This document shows positions 1-12,100 of a stretch of 42,716 bases of DNA, in pieces. Every line of letters begins with the position of its first letter. The first letter of the stretch is position 1. The notes under the pieces are model-generated. The model was not told the origin of the DNA, ran no database searches, and saw only the letters and a list, made by a program, of their open reading frames with translations. Where the stretch lies: positions 42,831,718 through 42,874,433 of the forward strand of contig NC_068997.1 of assembly GCF_001194135.2 (NCBI RefSeq). The letters are read 5' to 3'. The position numbers were made by a program, and so were the translations under genes. Origin of the DNA: Octopus bimaculoides. Taxonomy: Eukaryota.

Positions 1-43
<43 letters not shown>

Positions 44-514
44 AAATATAGCATATTACAGTTGAAGTTACCTTAGTTTATTCTTATAATAAAATAAAAT
101 TTGATACGCCAACATTTACTTGATAGAAAGTTTTTGCAAAAGATAACAGTTATAATTGGTAAATAAACATATTTTAATCATTAACAAATTCGTTCGACAT
201 TCTAATAGTTACATGTTTGCTGAAAGATCGAAAGTCAAAATTAGAACTCTCCTGTGTAATGAAACAAAATTCCAATGTTTTTAATGGTATCTAAAATGAT
301 TTACTCTGTGAAAATTTATAGAAATTTATTTCTCAAATATATCTGAAAGTCCAGGATAGTATTCCTTTGAGTGGTCACGGGAGAGGAATTGGATTTCATC
401 CTCGAAACTAAATGTATTTCTCACTATGTCTATCTTTCGCTCTTTCCCCGTATGTGTATGTGTATATACATATGTTTATATGCATATATATAATACACAC
501 AACATATGTATACG

Positions 515-584
<70 letters not shown>

Positions 585-622
585 TATGCTTACAGGTATT
601 GATAACGTTCGTTCTTACTTTG

Positions 623-691
<69 letters not shown>

Positions 692-730
692 TATGCTTAC
701 AGGTATTGATAACGTTCGTTCTTACTTTGC

Positions 731-786
<56 letters not shown>

Positions 787-1224
787 CATACATACACAGA
801 CACAGACACACACACACACAGAGATATATATATCTACATATCAGAAATTAAAGAAGAAAAATGCACACACTTTACATAGGTTTAATATAATTTTTAATAT
901 ATTTTGTATTGTGTTTGTCGACCGATTTCGCTTTGGCTATTCATGATATTAAAATTTATTTAAATACGTATTTTCTTAAGAAGAATTTTTTTGTCTATGT
1001 TGTGTGTGAAGGTTACGAATGAATGATTCAACAAGTAGAAGAATTTAAGGGGAGGTAATTGGTTATCGTTATTATTGTGGGCAGGGTAGATAATTGTTTA
1101 GCTTTCGGTAGGGGGGAATATATATATATATATCAACAAACATTCAAAACCCAGAGTAGTGGGGAAAATATGTAGTGATGGCTACGTAATCGTGAATTAA
1201 AATATGTAAAGTGATCAAAGTTGG

Positions 1225-1520
1225 TTATGCGTGCATATTTAGACATATTCTGTATTTTTCGATGAAAAAAGTTTCTTTATTTAAACGTTCTTGTAAAGAA
1301 ATTGTATCTTTGCACTGGTAGAAGGGGAAAACTGTGAAATTTGGTTTGATGTTACCTGCACATTTCTCTATGTGTTCACTTAAAGGAATTTAACTGTATT
1401 GCGGGGAACTGGATCTGCTCTTTATGTAGAGTGGTTCTCCGTCTCAGTGTCATACACGTCTGTCCAGTATAGTGATGTCCACAACCCGAACAGGTTATTA
1501 CATAAATTAGGTTTTCAGAG
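1225..1520 (-). pseudogene. GIY-YIG endonuclease domain remnant of the PLE (absent from the ORF track)
   Basis: Manual translation: SENLIYVITCSGCGHHYTGQTCMTLRRRTTLHKEQI, frameshift, then SEHIEKCAGNIKPNFTVFPFYQCKDTISLQERLNKETFFIEKYRICLNMHA*. Confidence 0.9.
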
Positions 1521-2998
1521 GAGGCAAAGTGAAGTTGATTTTAATTGTGAACCTCTCTCCTTGTTTGAAAAGGAAATCCGAACCTTCAAGTAGGTTGGGG
1601 CATGTTCTACAGTTTGTGCGTCCACATTTTTTAACCGTCGGTTTCGTGGTTGTCTTGCAAAGCTTCGCATTTTTTAGCAGTCTCTTTAGCAATTTGTGTT
1701 GCTTTTTGCATTTGATGAGTTTGTGCGTTTTTAGGATGTCGTTCATTTTTGGATCTCTATTTAGTAAAGGGAGATTTTGCGCAATAGTGTTGAATGCCTC
1801 ACTGTTTCTAGGGTTGTGTGTTGATATAAATAGTAGTGTTTTGAGATGAGTTGTGGTGTTATGTTTTGTTGTTCTTAGCGTTTTTATGTCTAATTTTTTG
1901 GCACGTTTAATTCCCTCGTCTATAAGTGAGGGTGGATATTGTCTTTCAGTAAGTGTTGTTTTGAGGTCTTGAAGACGAAGGTCCCGAGTAGTTCCATCAG
2001 ACACTGTTGTGCATATCCTTTTTGCCAAATTAAAGGTGATATTTATTTTGATATGTTTCAGGTGGCATGAGCTAAAGAGGAGATATTGTATCGAGTCTGT
2101 TGGTTTATGATAGATATCAGTTATAATTTGGTTGTTGACTTTTTTTTTATCATAATATCCAAAACTGGGAGCTGTTCTTTGCTATATTCCATTGTGAATT
2201 GTATGTTACTATTTATATAATTTAGTATTGATTTGAAGTCCAAACGTTTCTCTCCTTCTAAATGATAAAACAGTCATCCAGGTATCTTTTCCAGCTTTCT
2301 CTCATGTAATGGTGAAATGGATAACCATATTTTTGAAGTGACACTTCATATATGGTGAATTCAAAATAACCCATTATCCGGTTCGCAAGAACAGGGACTG
2401 CTTTTGTTCCCATCGCAATTCCGCATTTTTGACGATAGTATATGTCATCAAATAGGAAATAATTGTTCTGAAGTATAAAGTTTAAAGATTCAGTTATAAA
2501 GATCTGATTTATGCGTTCCGGGAGTACATCGGGGTATTTTTCCAACCAGAATTTGATTGCTTTTAATTCCATAGTCATGTGGGATGTCGGTGTAAAGATT
2601 GATAACATCGAAGGAAACCAATAATGCCTCTTCATTAATTGTTTTTGGAAGGTGTTGTAGCTTGTCTAAATCGTCTCTAATGAAACATTTGATGTATTTC
2701 AGCAAGGGTTTCAGTAGGATGTCTAGAAAATTGCTTAGGCGGTGGGTTTCACAGGCTATAATGGGCCTTAAAGTTTAGTCTTTTGGCGCTTGGATGTTTA
2801 TGTATTTGCCTGGTGATTGTTTGTAGGCTTCGTTAACTATCTTGTTCTTGTGTAGTTTAGGTAGGCCGTAAAAAAGTCTAGGTTTACATTTGAAGTTCGT
2901 GATGTAGTCTGTTCCTTTTTCTGTTAGGCCTTTTCCATGTAGAAGTATTAAGGATGCAAAATTTTTCATTGTATTTTGTTGGTTATAGTTTAGAAGCA
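1225..2998 (-). mobile_element. Penelope-like retroelement (PLE), 5'-truncated, frameshifted RT + GIY-YIG ORF remnant
   Basis: Minus-strand pieces in the expected order: FYGLPKLHK (2775-2969), LVSFDVINLYTDIP, YYRQKCGIAMGTKAVP, KRYLDDCFII, TDIYHKPTD..YLLFSSCH, RQYPPSLIDEGIKRAK, CGRTNCRTC, then after a frameshift NLIYVITCSGCGHHYTGQT (GIY-YIG) and ERLNKETFFIEKY. Multiple frameshifts. Confidence 0.95.
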
Positions 2999-3273
2999 GA
3001 GTTTGGAGGGATATATCATCCGGGCGGATATCGTATTAGCTCTCAGTTGGGTTCCAAATACTGGCTAACCGCAACGGTCAGTATCCAATGTCTGTCTGAA
3101 AGTATTTATTAGTCAATCCGTGAATTCTTCCGTTGGGTAATTGCGTGTGTCCTACGCAACACTGTAAAGGTTCCCTGGAGTATAACATTAGGATTAATAA
3201 TAATAAGGAGTATGGAGACTTGTACATCCACAAAATTAATTTTATAGTTATATACAGCATATGCTGTATATAA
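2999..3273. repeat. Unclassified ~280-300 bp dispersed repeat, copy 1, abutting the truncated PLE ORF
   Basis: Alignable throughout with 4634-4932 (GAGTTTGGAGGGATAT...GGAGACTTGTACAT...CAGCATATGCTG). Confidence 0.85.
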
Positions 3274-3308
3274 TATATACATACATATATACATACATAC
3301 ATATATAC

Positions 3309-3373
<65 letters not shown>

Positions 3374-4633
3374 CTTACGCACACATACATACACACACAT
3401 ATGTCTACGAATATATACATATATATAAATATGCGTGTATGTATGTATGTATATATGTATGAATATATATATATATGTATGTATATATATATATATATAA
3501 AGAGAGAGAGAGAGGTTATAAATATACATATGTGTCTCTATGTAAATAGAGACTCTAAGATGGAGAGAGTGGGAACTTTGGGACTTCGCAGTGGGGTCCA
3601 GTTCGAGGACAGTAGCATTGTAAACACACACACACACACACACACCGACATACACACATGCTTTCTCTCTCACACACAGGCATATCTATCTATGCAATGA
3701 ACACACACGAAAAACTAATTATACGTATGGTATATATATCCATACACACTCTTAGTTTTTCTTGCGTGTGTGTGTGTGTGTATGAATGTGTGAGTGTATG
3801 AGTGTGTGTGTGTGAGTATGTGTATATGTACGTGTTTGTGCGTGTGTGTGCGTGTGTATGTGTGTACGTGTATAAATAGATATACTTGTGTATTGTGTGC
3901 GTGTGTGTGTGCGTGTGTGCGTGTGTGCCTTCATGTGAAATCTCCGCCAAACTCCGAACTGGATTCCACTTCAGTGTCATAATTTGTAAAAAAAAAAGCC
4001 TTTTTTCCTGTCTCTCCATCTTTTTTCTCTTTCTCCTGTTTTTGAAGAGAAAATTCAATATGACTTAACTTTCAATCATGTATATTTATTATGATCTTCA
4101 TCGAACATTGAAGCTTATATTACTGTCTATCTGTGAAACTCATTGAAATTTCTGGGAACATTTGAACGTTTGATCGTTTAAACATGTTTTTTTGGAATTT
4201 TACCTTGAAACTTGAAACTCTACTAAATCCTTTTATTTATTTATTTTTACCATTGAGAAGCAAAAAAATGTCGAAGCTGAGTTGGTATTTGAATAAATCT
4301 ATTTCAAAATTTAAAAACGACTGCACGCTTTGAGATTCAAGTGTATTTTTAAACCACAGAACAAATTCTCTTATATTTTTTTCTGCATGGGAATACACTT
4401 CTTTCCCTCATATATATATATATGTTTATATATATATATATATATATATATGTTTATATATATATATATATAAATATAAACATATGTATATAAACATATA
4501 TATATACATATATATGCATATATAAACATATATATGTATATATATAAACACACACATATATATATATGTAGATATATACACACATAGATATATATACACA
4601 CATATATATATAAGCGCGCACACACACACACAC

Positions 4634-4932
4634 GAGTTTGGAGGGATATGTCATCCGGGCGGATATCGTGTTCGCTCTCAGTTGGGTTCCAGATGCCGGC
4701 TAACCGCATCGGTCAATATCCTGTGTCTGTGTCTAAAATTATTTATTAGTCACTCCGTGAATTCTTCCGTTGTGTAATTCCGTGTGTCCTACGCAACGCT
4801 GTAAATATCCCCTGGTGTATACATTAGGATTAATGATAATAAAGAGTATGGAGACTTGTACATATTTATTTTCTAGTTGTATGCAGCATATATGCTGTAT
4901 ATAACTAGAAAATAAATTTTGTGGATGTACAA
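4634..4932. repeat. Same unclassified repeat, copy 2, ending in a ~35-42 bp-arm palindrome
   Basis: Direct repeat of 2999-3273; fold-back centred at 4890/4891. Confidence 0.85.
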
Positions 4933-4999
4933 CCCCCGCTTACAGATATAATAATAAAATTTGTAGGTTGTGTTTGGAATGAGAATGAATGGAAATCTG

Positions 5000-5735
5000 G
5001 TTAATACTAAGGATGAAAAAGTCAGCTCTTGTAAACACATGACCAAATTCCTCTGTCTTCGTCGACTCTACAGCATTGATTCAAATAGAAGTTATCCTCA
5101 GAAAGATATGGACCCTGAACTCTGCCGTACATACACGAATCACCACTCCCCTACCCTACTTATGTATATCAACAAACCCTATTCTTCACCTTCCCTTCTT
5201 CCATTAAAGTTGAAACCTTTCAGTAGCTTCCAAATCTTTCTCGCTGACGCCTCTCCGCCTCTCTTCGCCATCAAGAAGGGTAGAAAGCTGAATAATCTCT
5301 TTGAAGCTCAATAGATACCGGCCATACACAACCAGTCACATCTGAAAGCTCTCACAGGAGATACAAAATCTCTCCGTCTACCATCACCTGAACTAAGTCA
5401 CTGTACTACACAAAACTATTATCAACCTTATTAAAACATCCGCAAACTATTCAGTTCCTGCTATATTAATGAACTAAACCGTTGCTTTGCCAATAGCTTA
5501 TCAGTGCCCAGTATCTCTTTATATCATGGATACGCACACCCAAGAAAACGGAAGGATGAATATTTCATATCAAACTCAGAACGAATACACCGACAGGTTT
5601 AAATGAGAGGCGTTTCCCTTCTATTCCTACACCCCCTCCTAATACAACAATCCAGGTTTTATCCTTTAACTCTCCTCCTCTTACATTAAGATTGCTTACC
5701 CACCACTTCATCCTTGCCGTCTTCTCTTCCAGTTT
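5000..5735 (+). mobile_element. Degenerate LINE 3' part (CR1/L2-like RT C-terminus plus 3' UTR)
   Basis: Weak motifs FLCLRRLYS, LRLPS and TDRFK*EAFPFY; the 5589-5730 segment recurs at 7150-7300 (minus) and 8009-8070 (plus). Confidence 0.45.
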
Positions 5736-6399
5736 TATTATTCTTTCCTTCTGCCATTCGCACCTTGTTTTTTTCTGACATTACTTCCCCTCTACGTACG
5801 CATTTACAGGTTTTGCTTTTCTTTATCATTTGCAGTTATCTAAGAGACTGTTCAGGTTTCTACCTTTCTTGAGGGCGAAGAGAGGCAGCAGACGCCAAAT
5901 ATAGCAGGTGTAAAATTCCCCAGTACTTCATTTTTTTCCGCTGTCATCTCAACTCGGAGAACTGTCCAAAATGTTGGAAACCCCACTTCCCTCGGTATTA
6001 CTACTTTAGTCTTTCAGTCACTATTTCAAACAATACAAGTCTTGACGACGATGACCACTACCAGTCTCTGTAGGTTCTGTTTTATCTGATACGTTCATAC
6101 GTAAGCATGTATGTATGTATTTGTATGTATTTTATCCTTTTATTCATTTGATTGTTTCAGTCATTTGACTGCGACCATGCTGGAGCACTGCTTTGGGTAT
6201 ACATTTATATGCATTTATACGCTCCTGGTTAGAGCTATATCCCCTTATTGCCCTGTCGCTCGCTCTTGTTCCAATGAATCACTTTTAGAGACACTTTTTC
6301 TCTGGGTTTCTAGTAACTCAAACACATCGCCGACTTCTTAAAACGCTACATCATTTACCAACACCAGTATTACAATATTTATCTTGCTGAACTTGATGT

Positions 6400-7143
6400 T
6401 CTCTTGGAAAACTTAGATTTTCTAAACCCTATTCATAGCCCATGACTAGTTACGTTATCCACAACATCCACAGTGTTGAATTTCCCCCGGAAGTCTTTAG
6501 CAGTAGACGTATCCACTTTCCCTATCAAGTATTTTTATGAGCTATTTGAAAGTTTTTCTATGATAATAGACCTTGAATTGATCTATCACAGCTTGATTCA
6601 TTACTGGAGCAAAGGATTATGTTCTTAGAAATATATCCCACTATCAGAAATACTTTTAAGTTCATTGGGTCATTTGGTGTATTGTCTAAAAAGTTCAATG
6701 CTTTCTTGGAAACGTTACGCATGAAACTGTAGCTTTCAGTAGCGGAGCATAGAAAGGTTGTAAACCAGTCTAAGAAAATGTCCGTAGTCATCCATGACTT
6801 ATCATTTAAACACCAAATCACAGGTAGATTAAACTTGAAAAACCTCAAATTTTCGGAGTAATACACAGGTTGAAGCTTTAATTTCACAATACTAAGTAAT
6901 ATTTTCTTCCAAAAGAAGCATCAGAAGAATGTTAGAAACCTTAGAGACTAATGCTGATTTCACTAGAAATAAAAAAAAACTTACAAGACATTTGTTTCCT
7001 GATAAACCTGGCTTCATCACCGCTGTAGACTTGTCTTGTGTATAGCTTCTTTCAATAACAGATTTCTTCAGCTCTACAGGATAATACATATCTACTTTCT
7101 ATCAGCACTGACAACTTCACCGATAGTTTTAATGTCGTGCAAA
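6400..7143 (-). mobile_element. Tigger/pogo-family DNA transposase remnant
   Basis: HDIKTIGEVVSAD, YPVELKK, GDETRF (frameshifted), KLKLQPVYYSEN, KSWMTTDIFLDWF, FLDNTPNDP match the Tigger1-type DDD domain; stops and frameshifts; no TIRs found. Confidence 0.88.
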
Positions 7144-7149
7144 TTAATA

Positions 7150-7300
7150 GCCGTGGGGGAGAAGATGGCAAGCATGAAGTGGAGGGAAAATAAGTAATGT
7201 GAGAGGAGGAGAGTTAACGGATAAAACCTGGATTATTTCTAGTAAGAGTGGTTGCAGGAACAGATAGGAAAACCACTCATTTAAAATCATCGGTGCTTTC
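7150..7300 (-). repeat. Inverted copy of the LINE-like 3' end at 5589-5730
   Basis: Reverse complement aligns with 5589-5730 (ATCCAGGTTTTATCC, AACTCTCCTCCTC, CCACTTCAT). Confidence 0.75.
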
Positions 7301-8008
7301 GGAACCTCTTAAACTGATCAAACTGAACTTGATTACATAGAAAAAGATTCATATTAGAAGGTGTAAATCTTTCTACACTCGTACACAGTCTAGCATTCTC
7401 TTACAAATGAATAAATATTGGAGGACAAAACCCACCCCCCATTTTCCAAGACAAGAGGGGAAGGCGTATTTTCTGACAGAAGACCTGCTTGGAATGCTTT
7501 TACAACAGAGGAGATTCCACTGAAGGCACTGAAGGTAGGTGCTTATGTTAAACCTGCAATCGATTAAGTCTACAAAAGAAAAAATTCACAAAATTAAAAA
7601 CAAAACAAAACTTTGGTTTTATGCTTATTTTCTGCTGCTTTGGTTCATCTTCTCCACTTTGCACCTATGTAGTTTACCAACCTCCTCATTAATCATAGCT
7701 TAGCTCACCATTACAGCCGTAAGAATGACACCTAGTCATATATTTAAGAACTTATGTAGACTTAGCATTATTGTGACTTTACATATAATTCATTCATTTA
7801 ATTATTTATAATCACTGATTACTTGCTCTAACTGTTACTGTTAAATGTCCTGTACTTATTAGAATTTCCGTAGCTAATTAGATAGATTTTGATACTTCAT
7901 ATTTAAAATAATTATTTAGTATGATTAGAAATATTCTAGCTGTGTTCTAATACGAATCTTTTTCTAGCAAATCAAATCCATGTTAAACGGTTTAAGAGGC
8001 ATCGAAAT

Positions 8009-8070
8009 CACCGACGGGTTTAAACGAGCGGTTATTCCTTTCTATTCCTACACCCGCTCCTACTACAAAT
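8009..8070 (+). repeat. Third short copy of the same LINE-like 3' end
   Basis: CACCGACGGGTTTAAACGAGCGG...TTCTATTCCTACACCCGCTCCTA matches 5589-5642. Confidence 0.7.
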
Positions 8071-8098
8071 AAACCAAACACCTTGCCTGGCATAGCGT

Positions 8099-8330
8099 CC
8101 AAAATATAGTAGTAATTGCCAAAAGCCTGCCACTGATCCTAACGAAGTCGTTGGGTAGCAAATTTCTATATAAGATGTCAATAGTGCTCACACATCGCAA
8201 GAGAGCACATGTACAAACACCTCCCAAAATATTGTAGCAACCACCATAAAACCAGCCACTAACCCTAACGAAGTTGCTCGGTATCAAATTTGCATACAGG
8301 TTGTTAATACTATTGAAACATGATGATAGT
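8099..8330. repeat. Degenerate tandem repeat, period 125 bp, about 2 units
   Basis: CCAAAATAT..GTAG at 8099 and 8224; shared GCCACT..CCTAACGAAGT..GGTA.CAAATTT. Confidence 0.7.
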
Positions 8331-10765
8331 GAACAATAGCTTAAGGCTGATGGCTAGAGACAGGACACCTACTTCTGTATAAATGCTACACTGATTACAT
8401 CCCTTCCACTTGCTTTCTTTTCTTTTCTTTTCTTTCCCATTGGCAGTCGATTTTGACAAAGATAGTCCTACAACAACGGTTCACTACAGTTTCAATCGTA
8501 ACTCAATCGACTAATTAAATTGAACCATGAAAGCACCCAAAATTCAGATATGAAACAGCTGTGAGCCTATAACGCTCAACTAAATGTATAAAATCCATCA
8601 TTATTTATGCCTATTTCATATAANNNNNNNNNNNNNNNNNNNNNNNNNNNNNNNNNNNNNNNNNNNNNNNNNNNNNNNNNNNNNNNNNNNNNNNNNNNNN
8701 NNNNNNNNNNNNNNNNNNNNNNNNNNNNNNNNNNNNNNNNNNNNNNNNNNNNNNNNNNNNNNNNNNNNNNNNNNNNNNNNNNNNNNNNNNNNNNNNNNNN
8801 NNNNNNNNNNNNNNNNNNNNNNNNNNNNNNNNNNNNNNNNNNNNNNNNNNNNNNNNNNNNNNNNNNNNNNNNNNNNNNNNNNNNNNNNNNNNNNNNNNNN
8901 NNNNNNNNNNNNNNNNNNNNNNNNNNNNNNNNNNNNNNNNNNNNNNNNNNNNNNNNNNNNNNNNNNNNNNNNNNNNNNNNNNNNNNNNNNNNNNNNNNNN
9001 NNNNNNNNNNNNNNNNNNNNNNNNNNNNNNNNNNNNNNNNNNNNNNNNNNNNNNNNNNNNNNNNNNNNNNNNNNNNNNNNNNNNNNNNNNNNNNNNNNNN
9101 NNNNNNNNNNNNNNNNNNNNNNNNNNNNNNNNNNNNNNNNNNNNNNNNNNNNNNNNNNNNNNNNNNNNNNNNNNNNNNNNNNNNNNNNNNNNNNNNNNNN
9201 NNNNNNNNNNNNNNNNNNNNNNNNNNNNNNNNNNNNNNNNNNNNNNNNNNNNNNNNNNNNNNNNNNNNNNNNNNNNNNNNNNNNNNNNNNNNNNNNNNNN
9301 NNNNNNNNNNNNNNNNNNNNNNNNNNNNNNNNNNNNNNNNNNNNNNNNNNNNNNNNNNNNNNNNNNNNNNNNNNNNNNNNNNNNNNNNNNNNNNNNNNNN
9401 NNNNNNNNNNNNNNNNNNNNNNNNNNNNNNNNNNNNNNNNNNNNNNNNNNNNNNNNNNNNNNNNNNNNNNNNNNNNNNNNNNNNNNNNNNNNNNNNNNNN
9501 NNNNNNNNNNNNNNNNNNNNNNNNNNNNNNNNNNNNNNNNNNNNNNNNNNNNNNNNNNNNNNNNNNNNNNNNNNNNNNNNNNNNNNNNNNATATAAGGAC
9601 ATATACACTTACATACACACATATACGTATATATCGTATATATATATATATATATATATCTGTGTGTGTGTGTGTGTGTGTATTGCAAATACATATTCAC
9701 ATACATATCAGCCTCTACAGAAGAGTATAGTGAGCTGTTTTACGTCTTTGCATCGTAAAATAAAAACAAAGAATAAACTATGTGTATATGTATTTGCGTG
9801 TGTATACCTATGTGTATGTGTATCTGTGTGTGTATGTGTGTGTATGTGTGTCTATGTGAGTGCTCACGCACGTTTCTGTGTGCGTATGTGTGTGTGTGTG
9901 TGTGCTTGCGTTTATTTCGGTTAAATTTGCATATCTACGAATTTCTTATGGTGCCATTCAGTTCATTTAATACATACAACACCTTCACGCACATACACGC
10001 AAGTTTATACATATACACGCAAACACACATATCCACACAGATACAAGCCTACTCCTGCATTCACATGAACACACACAAATACATACACACACTCACACGC
10101 TTATATAAACATATATACACACACATATACGCGCTTACACATACATGTACATTTCCTACCGTAACCAACCACATTAGTTTTCATCAATCCGATCGCAATT
10201 TCTTTCATTTCATTTCATATTATCCACTTCATTTCTCTTCTTTTGTCTTCTTTCATTTATTGATTTAATGCGTTCAATTTATTTATTTATTTATTTATTC
10301 ATTCATTTATTTATNNNNNNNNNNNNNNNNNNNNNNNNNNNNNNNNNNNNNNNNNNNNNNNNNNNNNNNNNNNNNNNNNNNNNNNNNNNNNNNNNNNNNN
10401 NNNNNNNNNNNNNNNNNNNNNNNNNNNNNNNNNNNNNNNNNNNNNNNNNNNNNNNNNNNNNNNNNNNNNNNNNNNNNNNNNNNNNNNNNNNNNNNNNNNN
10501 NNNNNNNNNNNNNNNNNNNNNNNNNNNNNNNNNNNNNNNNNNNNNNNNNNNNNNNNNNNNNNNNNNNNNNNNNNNNNNNNNNNNNNNNNNNNNNNNNNNN
10601 NNNNNNNNNNNNNNNNNNNNNNNNNNNNNNNNNNNNNNNNNNNNNNNNNNNNNNNNNNNNNNNNNNNNNNNNNNNNNNNNNNNNNNNNNNNNNNNNNNNN
10701 NNNNNTGTGTGTATGTGTGTGTATGTGTGTCTATGTGAGTGCTCACGCACGTTTCTGTGTGCGTA

Positions 10766-10796
<31 letters not shown>

Positions 10797-11313
10797 ATAT
10801 ATATATATTTGAAGAAAGAAAGGGGAGGAGGAGGGAAAGGAGAAGAAGAGGGAGGGAAATTCAAGATTTTCAAAATACCCTTATATGTCTCATCAGTAAT
10901 TGTTGCTGTCTTTTTTTCACCATAGGTCAATTTTCATTGGGTAGAAATCTGATGAAAGGCGTTCCATCCTTAATCATTTTTTGTTTCAGTCATAGTTTAT
11001 CGAGGATTATACAATCCAATGTACAATTCTTTTCATTAATTTTGTATAAAGATGTAGGGCGTGGTATGAGGGGGGGGGTTACTATTGGTATTTCTAGCAG
11101 AGCGAAAGAGCCTCTGGTGCTGGTATTGGTACTGTTGTTGTTATTATTGTTATTGTTGAGACCAGGTAAGTTCTGACTGACCAGACCTGTGATCAAAACC
11201 TTCCCGTATCTTTAACTATAATATCCAATGGTTCTTTACTTCTACTTAGACGCTAGAATGTGATATGAAGAGAATTTGGCTGCTGCTTCTAGGAGGCCAG
11301 CGACCGCTTAAAG

Positions 11314-11660
11314 CAGTGGTTCTCAACCGGGATTAATATGACTTCTGGGAGTCTATATAAAATTTTGACGGGTGGGAGTCAATCGAAGTAAAACAGTAAT
11401 TTGAAGACGCACAGTAGTATATTAAGGATAAGTGAAAACATTTTGCTTTAGTTGTTCTTATTGTAAGAAATAGCTAGGTTTCATTCTCTGACGATTTACA
11501 TAGTTCAGCATACACAAGTGAATGTGTGATAAACAAAATACGAATTTTGAAAGAAGTATCTATAGAACTAGTTTTTAAACATCGAATGGCTGTGGGGGTC
11601 CGTCGGAATAAAATAGTAACCAAAAGGGTCCATAGATGAAAAAATGGTTGAGAACCACTG
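11314..11660. mobile_element. hAT (Charlie-like) non-autonomous element / MITE
   Basis: Perfect 15 bp TIRs CAGTGGTTCTCAACC (11314-11328) / GGTTGAGAACCACTG (11646-11660); non-coding interior; 8 bp TSD not recognisable. Confidence 0.85.
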
Positions 11661-11693
11661 GCTACCTCTTGTGTTAATATAGTTACTTTCTGT

Positions 11694-12100
11694 AAGGCAG
11701 CGAGCTTGCAGAAACGTTAGCACGCCGGGCGAAATGCTTAGCGGTATTTTGTCTGCCGCTACGTTTTGAGTTCAAATTCCGCTGAGGTCGATTTTCCTTT
11801 CATCCTTTCGGGGTCGATTAAATAAGTACCAGTTACGCACTGGAGTCGGTATAATCAACTTAATCCGTTTGTCTGTCCTTGTTTGTCCCCTCTGCATGTA
11901 GCCCCTTGTGGGCAGTAAAGAAATAAGAAACGTTAGCATGCCAGGCGAAATGCTTAGCGATATTTCGTCTGAGTTCAAATTCCGCCGAGATCGATTTTGC
12001 CTTTCGGGTCGATAAATTAAATACCAGTTGCGTACTGGGGTCGATCTAATCGACTGCCCTCTCCCCACAAATTTCGGGCCTTGTGCGTAGAGTAGAAAGA
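11694..12100 (+). mobile_element. tRNA-derived SINE family A, tandem dimer
   Basis: A-box-like GGCAGCGAGCTTGCAGAA, B-box GAGTTCAAATTC, core GAGGTCGA.TTT.CCTTTCATCCTTTCGGGGTCGAT (recalled as resembling the MetaSINE core); second monomer begins at ~11916. Confidence 0.85.

Noticed and set aside
586-730. CRISPR-like repeat-spacer pattern
   Set aside because: Only two units, the 'spacers' are microsatellites, the context is eukaryotic and there are no cas genes.
905-950. Hammerhead-like remnant CATGAATAGCCAAAGCGAAATCGGTC (minus) downstream of the PLE
   Set aside because: The CUGANGA box is broken, stem II is marginal and there is no stem I.
4690-4715. AGCCGGCATCTGG (minus) resembling an HDV ribozyme 5' end
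   Set aside because: No downstream P1 partner or nested pseudoknot.
4970-5314. 114-aa ORF as a host gene
   Set aside because: Better explained as a decayed LINE RT frame; no splice or homology support.
9827-10790. ~75 bp segment (…GTGAGTGCTCACGCACGTTTCTG…) duplicated at 9827-9900 and 10706-10785
   Set aside because: The second copy starts exactly at a gap edge; most likely a scaffolding overlap artefact.
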